Assembly (NCBI GenBank): GCA_964016885.1
Contig: OZ024742.1
Coordinates: 188,418,001 to 188,482,000, forward strand
Length of the DNA stretch: 64,000 nt
From: Eledone cirrhosa
Taxonomy: Eukaryota
Direction: 5' to 3'
Positions 42,150 to 55,429 of the stretch are shown in pieces (position 1 is the stretch's first letter; each line of letters starts with the position of its first letter). Both the position numbers and the translations under genes were made by a program. The notes under the pieces are model-generated. The model saw only the letters and a list, made by a program, of their open reading frames with translations. It did no database searches and was not told the DNA's origin.

Positions 42150-44283
42150 AAGGGGTAACTCACCTGGTTTGGATGGTCTGCCCTATGAACTTTACGTACA
42201 GATGCCAGACTTGTTCGGAGGCCTCTTGGCGGACGTCTACTGCAACTGGAAAGAGAACGGGAGAATTCCCAGCTCTGTGAGCCGAGGAGCTGTGGTACTG
42301 CTGCGAAAGGATCCGAACAAGGGGGATAACATAGATAATTTCAGGCCCATAACTCTGATAAACACAGAGTTCAAGATTTTGGCGAAGGTGCTAGCAAAGA
42401 AGTTGGCGCTTGTCGTTGTTGGTCTGGTGGGAGAGGCGCAGGCATGCGCCATTCCCGACAGATCCATCCACGACAACCTCCACCTCATGCGATACATCGT
42501 AGAGAGCGTAGCTAGGGAACCTGGCACGAGTGGGTCCTTGATCAATTTATATCAGTCGAAAGCTTTCGATAGGGTCGACGATCTTTACCTAGCGGCAGTC
42601 CTGAGGGCGGCTGTCTTTAGGCCCGTCTTCAAAGGCTGGATCGTTACCATGCACAGCGACATCTGCTCTGTGGTGAGAGTGAACGGTCACATTTCGGAAC
42701 CGTTCAACATCTTGCGCTGGGTCCGTCAAGGATGTCCCCTCTCGTCCCTCTTGTACGTATTGACTCTCGAGCCATTACTGCACAAATTGCAGACGTTGAG
42801 GGGGGTCCCGCGCGAACTAGGATGCGGAAGATCCGTGTCAGCATATGCGGACGATGTCCATGCCGTCCATCAGCGTCTTCGGGCGCTGGACGGATGGACC
42901 GGTTAAATTGCTAGGGGTCTGGTTCGGTCCGGACCTCCAGACGGAAAAAAACTGGGAAGATGTGACGAGCAAGGTGGCTTCTCTCACCCAGAAATGGGCG
43001 GAGAGGAAGCTATCCCTGAAATGTCGAGCGGAGGTGGCTAACGCGTACATCGCGTCGGTCATTTACTACCGCCTGACCGTTGTACTTTGTCCTAAGCCCC
43101 GCCAGACTGCCCTGGAGCGTTTGTTCTTTCGCTTTTTGTGGAAGAGACGCGCTCCTGTGGTCAGGCGGTCCATCTGCTGTCAACACCCGCTACGTGGAGG
43201 GTTGGGCATGCCGCGACTGATGATGCGCAGACACGAGCTCAGGCTACGACATCTCCACCTCTTCTTCGACGGTGATCGGGTGTGGTCGCCGTTTGCTGGA
43301 CGCGTGTTTACCCAGCTCGTCTCCTTGACGGAACTGCAGTCCTGGCTCAAGCGAAGACCGAGAGGGAGCGCTTGGAGACTGGAATGTCTTCAGGCGCTCA
43401 CAGCGGCAACCAATCGGGCAATGTGATCGGTGGAAACTCCACCTTGGCGTTCTATAGAGGATTAGTGGAGGGGAAGAGCGACAACGTACTTGGGGAAACT
43501 CTAGGCGTCGACGAAAATCAACTAGCCAATCTCTTCGGAAGATCTTTCGGGCCGAGGCCTAATGACAACTTCCAGAAATTCCTGGCCTGGCAGTGCTACC
43601 GAGGAGTTTGCCAGTTCGGGATAAACTCTACAGGCATGGAGGTGCCGTCAGCCGGGCATGCCCGAGATGCGCTCAGGGCGACGAAACCGTCCTGCACGCA
43701 CTCGTCCAGTGTCCGAAAATTGCTGACTTGTGGGTTTATGTCGGAAACCTGCTGTCGCTTGTAGGACGGATCCAGCTATCCGCTGAGTCCATTGTGAGGA
43801 TTTCCCCGCCCTCTTCCTTTAGCCGGCAGTTTTTATCTGTCTGGTGGCCATGGCGAAAGAGATAGTATGGTGGACACGTTTGAAAGGGCTGAAGACGAGC
43901 ACTTTCCTCTTCGGTGGTGCCTCGATTAACTTTTTCAAATTTCATTTGAAAAGGAAAATCAGGGTAGAGAGGGAAGTGCTCTCTTCCCAGCATTTTGTCG
44001 AAAGATGGGTGAGAGAAGCAAGAATGGCCCGAGTGAATGGGACTACTCTGAGTATGTGTCTGTAAATTAAAGGTGGAAAACTGGGAGAGGACACTTGCCT
44101 TGGTGGTCAGGGTCACTGTGCCTTTTTTAATGGGCTTTCTCCACGAATGTTCCTCGGAAGTCTCCCCCGTATTGGGGAATTTTTAATTGTTTTTTTTTTG
44201 TTACTTCTTCTGTTTTTGTTTTTTACACGGAGAAATGCACATTTGTCTACTTTATGTAAACTCTTGTGGTTAATAAAGAAAGC
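42150..44283 (+). mobile_element. 5'-truncated, frameshifted L1/Tx1-clade LINE (RT, zinc finger, 3' UTR)
   Basis: SPGLDGLPYELY, FRPITLINTEFKILAKVLA, KAFDRV, VRQGCPLS, AYADD; KLLGVWFG, GGLG; CPRC..ETVLHALVQC; AATAAA-type 3' end; GC-rich against flanks. Confidence 0.92.
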
Positions 44284-44290
44284 ATTATTA

Positions 44291-44470
44291 TGTATCGGTA
44301 GAGGGCTGGACGCCATGCTTTCCAGCATAGTTACGTCCCTTTACGATGTGAGTTCAAATCCCGCCGTGGTTGACTTTGCCTTTCATCCTTACGGGGTCGA
44401 TAACATAAAGTACCAGTAATGCACTGGGTTATTTGCTGGCCTTGTGCCAAAAGGAGAAACAAATATTATT
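44291..44470 (+). mobile_element. tRNA-derived SINE type 1 (5'-clipped)
   Basis: Homologous to 2359-2537. Confidence 0.85.
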
Positions 44471-44545
44471 ATGATTATTATTATTATTATTATCATTATT
44501 ATATATATATACACGCGCAAATACACACATCCATGCACACACACA

Positions 44546-44591
<46 letters not shown>

Positions 44592-44592
44592 T

Positions 44593-44623
<31 letters not shown>

Positions 44624-45313
44624 AACACACACACACATATATATGAAAACATCGCCAAGTTTCAATACATTAATAGATTATTTAATTGTGTTACATATGT
44701 TTCCTTCGACTACAAATGTGATATTATTTAATTTATTTCAAGAGAAATCGTCAGAATCAGTATATATGAAAAAAAAAAGATATTTATTTACCAACCACAT
44801 GTTCTTATGCATTCAGCTTCAAAGATTTGAAAAATGTAAACAAATTTTCTATTTCGGGAAAGCATTAAAAATTATGGAAGGCTAGATGTGTATGAATTAT
44901 TTTAACTGCACAAATTATAAAGTAGTTAGTTTGACTGGTTTTGTCGGCACTTACATATGATCTTGAATATATTAGAGGAATGAGTGTAGGCCATATCGAT
45001 CCAATGCCATTTATTCTCAAGTCTACGATCAAATTCAATTTAAGTATACTGTATTTTATGAGCAAACCTTATAAATATTATGGAAGCGCTTATTGGCTAT
45101 AGTATATCAGTCTGTAAGATGCATTAAGATACTGTAAGATACCTTTACCTAGTGCTCACTAACGTTCATTTCTGATTACATTAATGTGGATTTATCTCTG
45201 AACTGTCTTTTGCCAATCTAGATATGAACGAAATTTCATTAGAGCTTTAAATATCTGAATTACTTATACAGTTGTATCATCAGCTCATATAATTTACTTT
45301 TTTTATGTATATA

Positions 45314-45391
<78 letters not shown>

Positions 45392-45393
<2 letters not shown>

Positions 45394-46007
45394 GTGGTGG
45401 AACACTGGAAAGCAATATCCGTAGTGGTAGAGCACTCAGTCCAAGGGACGAGTTAGGTAGAAGTGGTTACACAACAGTTAGTTCACCATACCGAGTACAA
45501 TTGTTTCACCTTCACGGATCTTCAGCTCGGGATGTGTATGTTTATAGGAACAGGAAGGACAACCGTACGAACGCGCATGCGCAGAAACTCGGTCACTTCA
45601 CACAGGCAATACTAGATTGTGTGCGGGTGGTGTAAGGGAGATAACTGCGAAAGTCCGGAAAGTTTTTAGGTTGAAAATAAAATTTAAAAAAATTAGAAAT
45701 AAAATTACAAAGAATTAGTCCGGAGCCTTGTAGTTATGCAATAGATGTTTGGTGACGTGTGGACAACGTGGGAAAAATTCACTTCTCGTGTTTAGGCAAT
45801 CACTATTGCGTAAACTCTTTAGGATAGCTATTCGTTCGTCGATACATAAGCCACACGTCGGATTTCCCCTTGGACTTAGTGATGGCTTTCCATTGAATGG
45901 AGTACCCTATACTTGAGTCCTTGAGGGATCATACGTGGCTCGCGAGTTTCGTGGATGAACGTCTGTCCGGGTATCTGAAGGTAGACTGGTGGTTCAGGAA
46001 ACCCTCC

Positions 46008-46008
<1 letters not shown>
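45392..46008 (-). mobile_element. PLE family C, collinear copy: endonuclease C-terminus, HHR 45491-45530, tail
   Basis: QTFIHE..MIPQGLK near 45911-45966 resembles the endonuclease terminal P.GLN; CCGAG-CUGAAGA-U-CC-gugaa-GG-U-GAAAC-AAUU-GUA^CUCGG. Confidence 0.8.
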
Positions 46009-46033
<25 letters not shown>

Positions 46034-46038
<5 letters not shown>

Positions 46039-46350
46039 GAATAAGGTCTTTTTACGAAATGAAAAAAAAAAACAGATGTCCTACACGAGTGAAAGTATAA
46101 GGAAAAAGATGAAATCAAAAATGCAACTGGAGTCTTTTTAAAAATATTTATTTGGTTCCTTTACCGGATTCGCAGTTCTTGTGCTTTTCAAAAGTAGAAT
46201 TGAGATGGAGCCTTTGTGAGAAACCGCAAACCCTCCATCTCAATTCTACTTTTGAAAAGCACAAGAAGTACGAAACCAAATAAATATTTTAAAGAAACCA
46301 AATAAATATTTTAAAAGAGACTCCAGTTGCATTTTCGATTTCATCTTTTT

Positions 46351-46355
<5 letters not shown>
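46034..46355. mobile_element. PLE family H foldback, tail on left
   Basis: Arms about 46097-46210 / 46233-46355; core UUGAAAA in both. Confidence 0.8.
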
Positions 46356-46407
<52 letters not shown>

Positions 46408-46409
46408 TA

Positions 46410-47265
46410 TATTATTATAGTTGGGGAGGGCCATATTGTTGTAATAATATTGCCAGAAACAGAACACACTCACTGTTTGGTTGGTTTTCGCTTCTGTATC
46501 TTTTATATCTCCACAGTTAATTCATTCGGTCCTCAATTCCTCAATGTTTACCATTGACTGACCAAGGGTAAAAAATACAGATATAATATATATATATAAA
46601 CACATATATATAGTCTAACAAAGTTCTTTCGTTGCACATCTGCAAAGTTATCAGCGGTACTATTATGTTCCTCCTGTTATATTGTAATGTCTACGTTATT
46701 TTTTATTTTACCTGCTTATTTATTTATATTTGTTTTCTTCTCTGCGCATGCGTTTGCGTGTGCATATAGTGTTTGGTGTGTGTTCGCGTTTGGGTGACTG
46801 TATTTTAGTTATTGTATTCTATCTTAGTTTACTAGTGTGTTTATATGTGTTTGTTGTTATTGTGCTTGTGTATATATATATTTATTTATTTATTTATATT
46901 TCTCTTAGGTCAGTATTGTTTGTTTGGGTGTTGTTGTTATTCCATTCATTTTTTTCTCTATTTCGCTTCCCTCTCTGGTTTGCCTATCTGATGGGTCATT
47001 GCCATGTTTAGATATTTTAATTTCTATGTTGTCTATGTTACCGTCATGTTGTTGCCTGGCGTGTTCGTATAGTATTGAACCGTGTTTTCGTCCTTTTAGT
47101 TTCCCCCAGTGTTGGTCTACCATCTCTCCTATACTACGATCTGTCTCACCTATGTATGTTGTGTCATGTTTCTGCAAGTACCCTCTGTACATCTCATGCT
47201 ATAGACTACCCAAACAAATAATACTAACTTAAGAGAAATATAAATAAATAAATAAATAAATAAGT
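46410..47265 (-). mobile_element. PLE family J with GIY-YIG endonuclease remnant
   Basis: 3' region matches 33848-34420; short inverted piece at 47208-47265. Confidence 0.85.
46950..47210 (-). pseudogene. Frameshifted GIY-YIG endonuclease domain
   Basis: VVYSMRCTEGTC, frameshift, then KHDTTYIGETDRSIGEMVDQH..SILYEHARQQH..DPSDRQTRE; VVY/YIG motifs with two Cys between and two or more His after (CCHH). Confidence 0.85.
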
Positions 47266-47306
47266 AAATAAATAAACACACACACGCACACACACGCACA
47301 CACGCG

Positions 47307-47337
<31 letters not shown>

Positions 47338-47341
47338 AGAC

Positions 47342-47690
<349 letters not shown>

Positions 47691-47717
47691 ATATATATAT
47701 ACATATATATATATATA

Positions 47718-48341
47718 TAGTGAAAACTGGAACGGGAACGAAAACAGAGAGGCAGTATAAACGAAGGTTTATTATTATTTTCACGCTCTTTGGCGTTTCG
47801 AGCCTAAGCCCTTCTTCAGGACAAAAGTGGGTGGGAAGAGAGTTCCGAGGGTGTGTTGGGGAGTCGTGGAGAGACATTTAGAAAAAAGGGGGGAGAGAAA
47901 CGGGAAGGAAAACGGTGGAAGGGGTATAAATAAAAATAAAAATAAACATAAAGATAAACAAGAGGTAGAAGGGTGTGGGGCGTGTAGGGGTTGTGGCGGG
48001 TGGAGTAGGGAGAGGGAGGCGGGGTGTCCGAGCGGGGAGGGCTGAAGGTGGTGTTTGTGTATATGTGTAGGTGTACGTGTATGTGTGTGCGTGTGTGCGT
48101 GTGTATGTGAATGTGAGAGTTGGGGGAAGAACGAGGTTCCATGTTCAGGAAAAGGTGAGTGTGTGGGGTCGGTGTGTGGATGGGGAGGGGTCAGAAGGGC
48201 AGGTGAGGGGGGAGGGAGGATTCCGGAGGCTGAGTGTGTATATGTGGGTGTACGCACGTGTGTGTTGGTGTTTATACGTGGTGTGGATGTAGGTGGCGTG
48301 GTTCGAAAAGAAATTGTTAGTGTATGTCAGTGGGTAAGTTC

Positions 48342-48343
<2 letters not shown>
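47718..48343 (-). mobile_element. PLE 3' region with HHR at about 47790-47822
   Basis: CUGAAGA-A-GGGC-uuag-GCUC-GAAACGCC; homologous to 33180-33838. Confidence 0.75.
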
Positions 48344-48379
<36 letters not shown>

Positions 48380-48879
48380 ATATGTGCGTGCGTATATATG
48401 TATGTGTGTGTGTGTTTGTGGGTATACATCTCTCATTCTTTTCTGTTTCTTTGTTCGTGGCCAATACAAACAAATATCTTGTGTTGCGATTTCTGAGGTT
48501 TCGAGGTCAAAACAACTGAAAGCTGTAATGCGGATATTAAATCTTCCCCAAAGATATTTCCCTGTAACAAAATATATCACGCTGATTCCCTCATCATAAG
48601 AAATGTTAACTACTAACACATTTATTCCAGAATACCTGTTTCTACTACTAATTCCATCACCAGCTGCATACTCTTAGTCTTCCTTTCTGTCTAGAATCGT
48701 CACTTTTGATAGGATCTTAATGGTCATCGCATTAGCATACGGCGCCTCAAGGGCATTTTAAAACTTGGTGTAACCCCTTTTCTCTCCACGTCTCAACACA
48801 GAGCATTTCTTCCAGAGAAGGTTTGAGAGAGAGAAAGAATGGATGTTAGAAAGAATAACAGAGGAAGAATCTACCTCAG

Positions 48880-49025
48880 TACTAGACTGGTACTTATTTA
48901 TCGAACTGGAATGTATGAAAGGCAAAATCTACTTCGGTGGGATTTGAAATCAGAGAGTAGTCAGCTGGAATGAATACCACAAGGCCTTCTATCCGATGTT
49001 CTAACGAATCTGCCAATTCGCCGTC
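48880..49025 (-). mobile_element. Diverged SINE type 1
   Basis: CTGGTACTTATTTATCGA..GAAAGGCAAA..GGGATTTGAA. Confidence 0.65.
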
Positions 49026-50640
49026 TTACAACTACATATTACGAGAAACTATCGGTCGATATTGAAATAAAATATAAGTACACATGTGTATGTGAAAGTC
49101 TAGGTTACTAACTATAACATTCATTAAATAGATACTTCAGATTACCGAACGCAGGTGAATACGGATCGTCGAAACATATGTAGATCCATTTACCCTGTCT
49201 ACCACTGGAAAGTATAAATGAGTTTCTGTGTTTAGGTTTAGGTCTTGTTGTATGCGCATTGATAATTCAATTATTTATCATCATATATAGTCAATTATTG
49301 TCTAAATATGTTCATTTACTATCAAACAAAAGATTAGAAGCACGTTCCAAGAGAGCAATTCAACACATCCTTTATTAATTATGCGTAAATATTTATAATA
49401 TATTAAAATGCAAATATCTTGAGCATATTTAAAGATATTAATAATTTCTTCTTGTTTCCCGTTTCCATTCAATATTGTTTACTATCATTATATTTTGTTT
49501 AAGGAAATAGATTAAATATGGAAAGAGAGATTCCACTCTGATAGTTAATTACTTTGCTTCACAATTGAACATTAAGTTAACGTTCAATTAAACAGTTTTT
49601 AGCATAAAGTTTGCATAGAGAAATGGCTAATTAAGTATGTATTTGTTACGTTGCTATGTACGTGAATAAAAGAATGTGAGTATATGTGTGTGTATCTGTG
49701 TTTGTCAGTGTATGGTTCGAATAAATCAGTGCGCACATGTATCTGGGTGTGTTTTTGTGTGTGTTTATTAGTATGCGTTGCAGGGAGTTGTTGCTCTCTC
49801 TGCATGCTGTATCTTGCTTAATTTCCTGTTTACAAAAATTGCGATTTATACATAATTTATATATCTCGTAACGCAGATGTTTTGTGATAAATACATCAGC
49901 TCTTATCAAGAACGCTCGATCAGCCTACCTTACAATCTAGATATATGTAGAACGAAAGGTTTTTGATGAGGCGTGTAATCATGTATTCAACATCTACAGG
50001 TGTAAAAATATATCGTGAGCATTTTCAAACAGAAAAGTGAGTCCACCTTATAAAAGAGGTTTGAATAATCTACACGAACCTTATAATCGTTATGTTGACT
50101 TGTACGACTATTTACATAGATACAATGAAAACTAACAAGACGTCTGCATCATGAATATTATATATAATGCAGACCTACTTAGTAACTGCACTATAAAACT
50201 CCAAGAAGTCAGATTTTGTTTAAAAATTTGAGGTAGTTTATCCACCTGAATTGTTTATGTCTACGAAACCGCAGGTAGTGGATAAATAAGTCAAATTTGT
50301 GATATATTTTTAACTTCTACATTTTATATTTATTGCTCTTTACTTTAGTTTTACCCACACTAAGAAGAATGTCTGACAGAAAATTCAAGTATGTTCTAAC
50401 TTCCCCCATAATATGAGAACAAACTTTTTAACATTTGAAAAGAGTGACATACCAATCGAAACCGATAATATTTGAAAAAACTTAAATCCATTTAACGTAA
50501 AAATTTATTTTAAATATTCATTATGTGGGATTAAAGAAGAAAATAATCTTTAAATATACACCTGTGCTTTTGCACTTTTACTTTTTACACACACACACAC
50601 ACACACACAAACAAACAAACACACACACACACACACACAC

Positions 50641-50727
<87 letters not shown>

Positions 50728-50729
<2 letters not shown>

Positions 50730-50870
50730 CGTGAGGTTGTGAGTTCGATTCCTGGACCAGGCGATGCGTTATGTCCTTGAACAAGACACTTTATTTCACG
50801 TTGCTCATTCTACCTGGAGTTGCCACCGATAGATAGTATTAGAAATTGATGAAAGTCGATCGACTGTCGA
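50728..50870 (+). mobile_element. SINE type 2 fragment
   Basis: GAGTTCGATTCCTGGACCAGGCGATGCGTT..CTTGAACAAGACACTTTATTTC. Confidence 0.75.
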
Positions 50871-51134
50871 TATATATATAAGAAAATGTTCTACTTTGCT
50901 TGAAGCGTGGTATATGTATATAATGTGGAAAGAGATATAAGGCAAAACAATGCGAAATGGACTGTAAGATAAATGTTACGAGAAAGTAAGTTAACTGGTA
51001 ATCTTTGTTCTGCTTTTTGTTGTTGCTGTGTTTCTCTGAAAGTAATTATCCCCTGAATTTGAAGTCCCGCCTGAAGAAACAAGAGCAGCAATAAAAAACC
51101 ACACAAATATTAAGAGGTAACTTAATGTTACTTA

Positions 51135-51185
<51 letters not shown>

Positions 51186-51189
<4 letters not shown>

Positions 51190-51448
51190 AACCAGTAAGA
51201 CCCCGACGGCTGAGCTCAAGCCGTTTCAACGGCTAATTCTGGACAGTGACAATATAAGGAATTACCCCTTGAGAAGCTCGGCTATTTAAATACCAGGATA
51301 AATTTTCATTTAGTCCAGAATTAGCCGTCGAAACGGCTTGAGCTCAGCAGTCGGGGTCTTACTGGTTCCTATTACCCACTCTACTACCCTAAGTATTGAG
51401 TACTTTGGTGCGTTATGGTCCACCTGGTTCCTTACCACATTTCCTTCG

Positions 51449-51449
<1 letters not shown>
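51186..51449. mobile_element. PLE family D foldback with complete U3:A8 HHR at 51264-51357 plus tail
   Basis: ACCCC-UUGAGAA-g..CGGCUA..UAGCCG..c-GAAACGGC..GCaGUC^GGGGU. Confidence 0.8.
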
Positions 51450-51494
<45 letters not shown>

Positions 51495-51500
<6 letters not shown>

Positions 51501-51584
51501 TTATTAAAATAACAGATTAAAGTTTAAGCAAAGAATCGCTGCTTTCACCCTTAACGGCATCTTCTGAAACTAACAAAGTCAATA

Positions 51585-51663
<79 letters not shown>

Positions 51664-51805
51664 GAAAGAAATCGAAAATACAACTCGAGTATTTTTAAGA
51701 GTCTTCTGAAAAAGAATCCAGAGTTGTATTTTCCATTTCCTTTCTTTATTTTCACTCGTATTGGACATCTCGTTTTTTTTTTATTAAAAAAAAACTTCAT
51801 ATTCT
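51495..51805. mobile_element. PLE family B (51495-51582, minus) and family H (51660-51805) fragments
   Basis: Matches to other copies in window. Confidence 0.7.
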
Positions 51806-51848
51806 TATATAAACACACACACACACACACACATACACACACACACAA

Positions 51849-51881
<33 letters not shown>

Positions 51882-53116
51882 AACACACGCACACACACAC
51901 ACACACACACTCACACACACACACACACACGCACACACACACATATATATATATATATATTAGTTATGTTTACCGAAGCTATCCTTTTACAATACGTCGA
52001 GTTCGGTCCCTATATACTCACACAATAAATTTACACAAATCGCATGTTGTAAATACGGATTTTCAACCCAGAGTGGACATAATACGTTAATTAGTAGATA
52101 CACGACTGAGTGTGAGTACAATTAATAGACCAGATCTTTACAGGTTTCATGTCACGTTCTGTGTTCAGCATTTGAATGACAAATTCTTACTCACAGAAGT
52201 CGTACAATATTTCCAATTATTAAATAATTAGGACGTAACATTTGATCAGCGGGGGATCAGTCCGAACCCAAACAGAAGATTTATCAGAGGGACTCACAAC
52301 ACAGTTGATCTAACATATCATAGTGATACTGATAACAGTGTTATACTAAAGCAGAATCACAAGGCCTTATAAGAGGACCGCAATTGAAATTAGCTATTAC
52401 GAGGAAAAACGGTAAAATTGAAATATCTGAATAAGTGCTGGAGCTCTCAATTCGGATAGTTATGTGCATGATAAAGACAGTTTTGCAGAATACGTACACA
52501 TCTCATTAATACAAAAAGTAGTATTCAATTTACGATTAAAGAGGAGTTTTATACACGGTAGATAATTAAACTAAGTTTAATGAAGCTATCCGTTTACAAT
52601 CCGTCTAGCTCTGTCGCTATATGCTCACACGATATATGTGTGTGTGTATTCAGTGTATGTGTGTCTAATCAGTGTGTGTGCGTCTAATCAGTGTCTTCTG
52701 TATACGTCTTACCTGAAAATAAACAAATGTAAAGCACACCCATGTTCCCACGAACTCAAGCGAGCCCGAATTATAAACCCTCATTTAATACTTTCCGCCA
52801 AAATATATCGTACCGGCGGTAAATTTAATCCAAAGACGTCCTCCAAAACCAGCTCCTTCAGACAACGAACAGAAAAACTGTTCTAATTGTAGGTATAGAG
52901 GTGACGGAACTCGTCTGGATGTAGCCGTCACATAACTTAATTTCTAATTTTCTCTGAAGCGAATGGCATTGCACTCACACAGCATCAGTACAACCACCAT
53001 ATATATATATATATACATAAACGCACACACACACACAGACACAGACACACAGACACAGACACATACACACACACACACACACAGACAGACACAGACATAC
53101 ACACACAGACACACAC

Positions 53117-53186
<70 letters not shown>

Positions 53187-54534
53187 GTATATATATATAT
53201 ACATGATCACCTAATTGTTAGATATATTAAGTGATATTAGTTGATTATTTATTAATGAAACTTAGTATAGCCATTAGTGATAAAATTATTAATGCTTCCT
53301 ATTATATATTTTTTTTTAATCGTAAGTTAGAAATTTGTTTAGTATTTTATGAAACACCCAACATAATGGATGTGATATATGAACAGACCAGTAGACATTA
53401 CGTATGTAAGTAGAACTTCCATACGGCTGCAATAGATGCACAAATATATAGCGCTTTGCTCATTTCCGTATGATTTACAAACAAAATAGCTATTTCTGAA
53501 CTTACTACGAATATCTATTCCGTTCTATTAGAAGCAGTCACTTTAATTGTCAATAATTATGTAATAAATGTCATTGAACACCTCAGAAATGTCTGTATAC
53601 TTTTTTACTAATAGCAAAATGATTCTGTGTTATTTTAACAGTATTTTCTGATGCGAACTGTGGTGTAAAATTCAGGTCTCGAAAATAGTTGATATTAACT
53701 CCAAACAGTTGATGGGGCTAAATAGAGTGGTTATTAAACTTTGGCGCCAAACCTTTATATTTATATAAGAAATAAAAATACGTAAAATAATTCAATAAAC
53801 TACAAGTTGACTATACAGGTTTTCTGAGATCGATACAATCAGTCCTTATTTATTGTATACGCTGTTTCCTGATTTATTTATTTACTTACGTACAAGACTG
53901 GGGTCGATGGCCTGAAACGTTTTAGCCCCTTGAATTAAATACTGGTGTATACCGGATAATAAGATAATTGTCTGGATTTCCATCCGGTGGATTCCAAGAT
54001 AGCTCGGTGTAATTTTCCCAGCTACATATGGAAGGGGACTTATCTATAAACATCTTATCATAGAATATGACAATATGTAAATCCAGCTTTTCTCCTGTGT
54101 TCTCAGGTAGTTTAAGTAGAGTTTCTAATTAAGGCAGAAATCCAGCAAATTGTGAGGAGACGGAACGACCATTCTGTTGTGGACCAATATATAACTGGTA
54201 CTTTGTTATCAACCTCGGGAGAATGCAAGGCAGAACTGGTTATTCGCTATTATCCTCAGTGAGATTTGAACTGAGTACGCAAAAGATCGTAACTAGATAT
54301 TTCATTGCGTTTGATCCGACGCTCTAATGATTCTGCCAATGAAACAACATCTCATATTTTAAAAATAATTTCACGAAGGTTCTTTTCACAAACATATTTT
54401 TTGCAACTAACTTCCTCTAAACGGATCGTATCATTCACTTTGTTTCGTTTAACACTTTCTACACATTCATACGCCTTGATTGGTATCTGTAATATTGCAG
54501 CTACCACATCGAACTATATCTTATATACATATGT

Positions 54535-54900
54535 AGGCACATGGCTTAGTGGTTAGAGCATTGGCCTTGCAATCGAAATGTTGCGAGTTCAATTCTCAGA
54601 CCGGGTATGTGTTGTTTCCTTGAACAAGTTACTTTATTTCACATTGCCCCAGTTCACTCAGGTGTAGAAATGAGATGATAGGACTGGGGTCCTTATCATT
54701 CCACTGAAAAGAGGTCGTGCAGGTGCCACGGCAGCCCACACTGTAAAGTGGACGTGTAGGCGCCACGGAAAAAAGCACCCAGCACTCACTGCAAATGAGG
54801 TTGGTGTTAGGAAGGGCATCCAGCTGTAGAAATCAAGCCAGAATCAGTTCCCGTCCCACCCTTGGAAGCAGGGAAAAGCGGACGTAAAATGAAACGAATG
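54535..54900 (+). mobile_element. Composite tRNA-derived SINE type 2
   Basis: GGCACATGGCTTAGTGGTTAGAGC head, B box, GGTTGGTGTTAGGAAGGGCATCCAGCTGTAGAA conserved-looking domain. Confidence 0.75.
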
Positions 54901-54905
54901 AAATG

Positions 54906-54936
<31 letters not shown>

Positions 54937-54938
<2 letters not shown>

Positions 54939-55362
54939 ATGATATTAAATAAATGGAAACTATATTTATAAAACTATTATATATATTTCAAGAGTACCAA
55001 ACCTTTCGTACGCCCTCATCAGATAAAATACAAAGTTTGTTTTATAAATTTTCACATAACCAAGAAAAGATAACTTAACGGTTCAAGTTTTTCTATCCAA
55101 GAAAAACTTGAACCGTTAAGGTATCTTTTCTTGGTTATGTCAAAATTTGTAAAACAAACTTTGTATTTTATCTGATGAGGGCGTACCAAAGTTTTGGTAC
55201 CCTTGAAATATATATAATAGTTTTATAAATATGGTTTTATAAATATAGTTTCCATTTATTTAATATCATTGAATATTATACTCCAGAAAACTGTCGAGTG
55301 CTCTGAATCAGTTATAAACATTTATATTTGTTGAATTACCAACAAATTGAATATCCCTTTTG

Positions 55363-55365
<3 letters not shown>
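54937..55365. mobile_element. PLE family E foldback (arms about 54937-55095 / 55101-55271) plus tail
   Basis: HHR-like UAU-CUGAUGA-GGG-c-GUACCAAA-gu-UUUGGUAC-CCU-U-GAAAUAUAUAUA^AUA near 55169-55219; tail hairpin 55280-55299. Confidence 0.8.
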
Positions 55366-55429
<64 letters not shown>

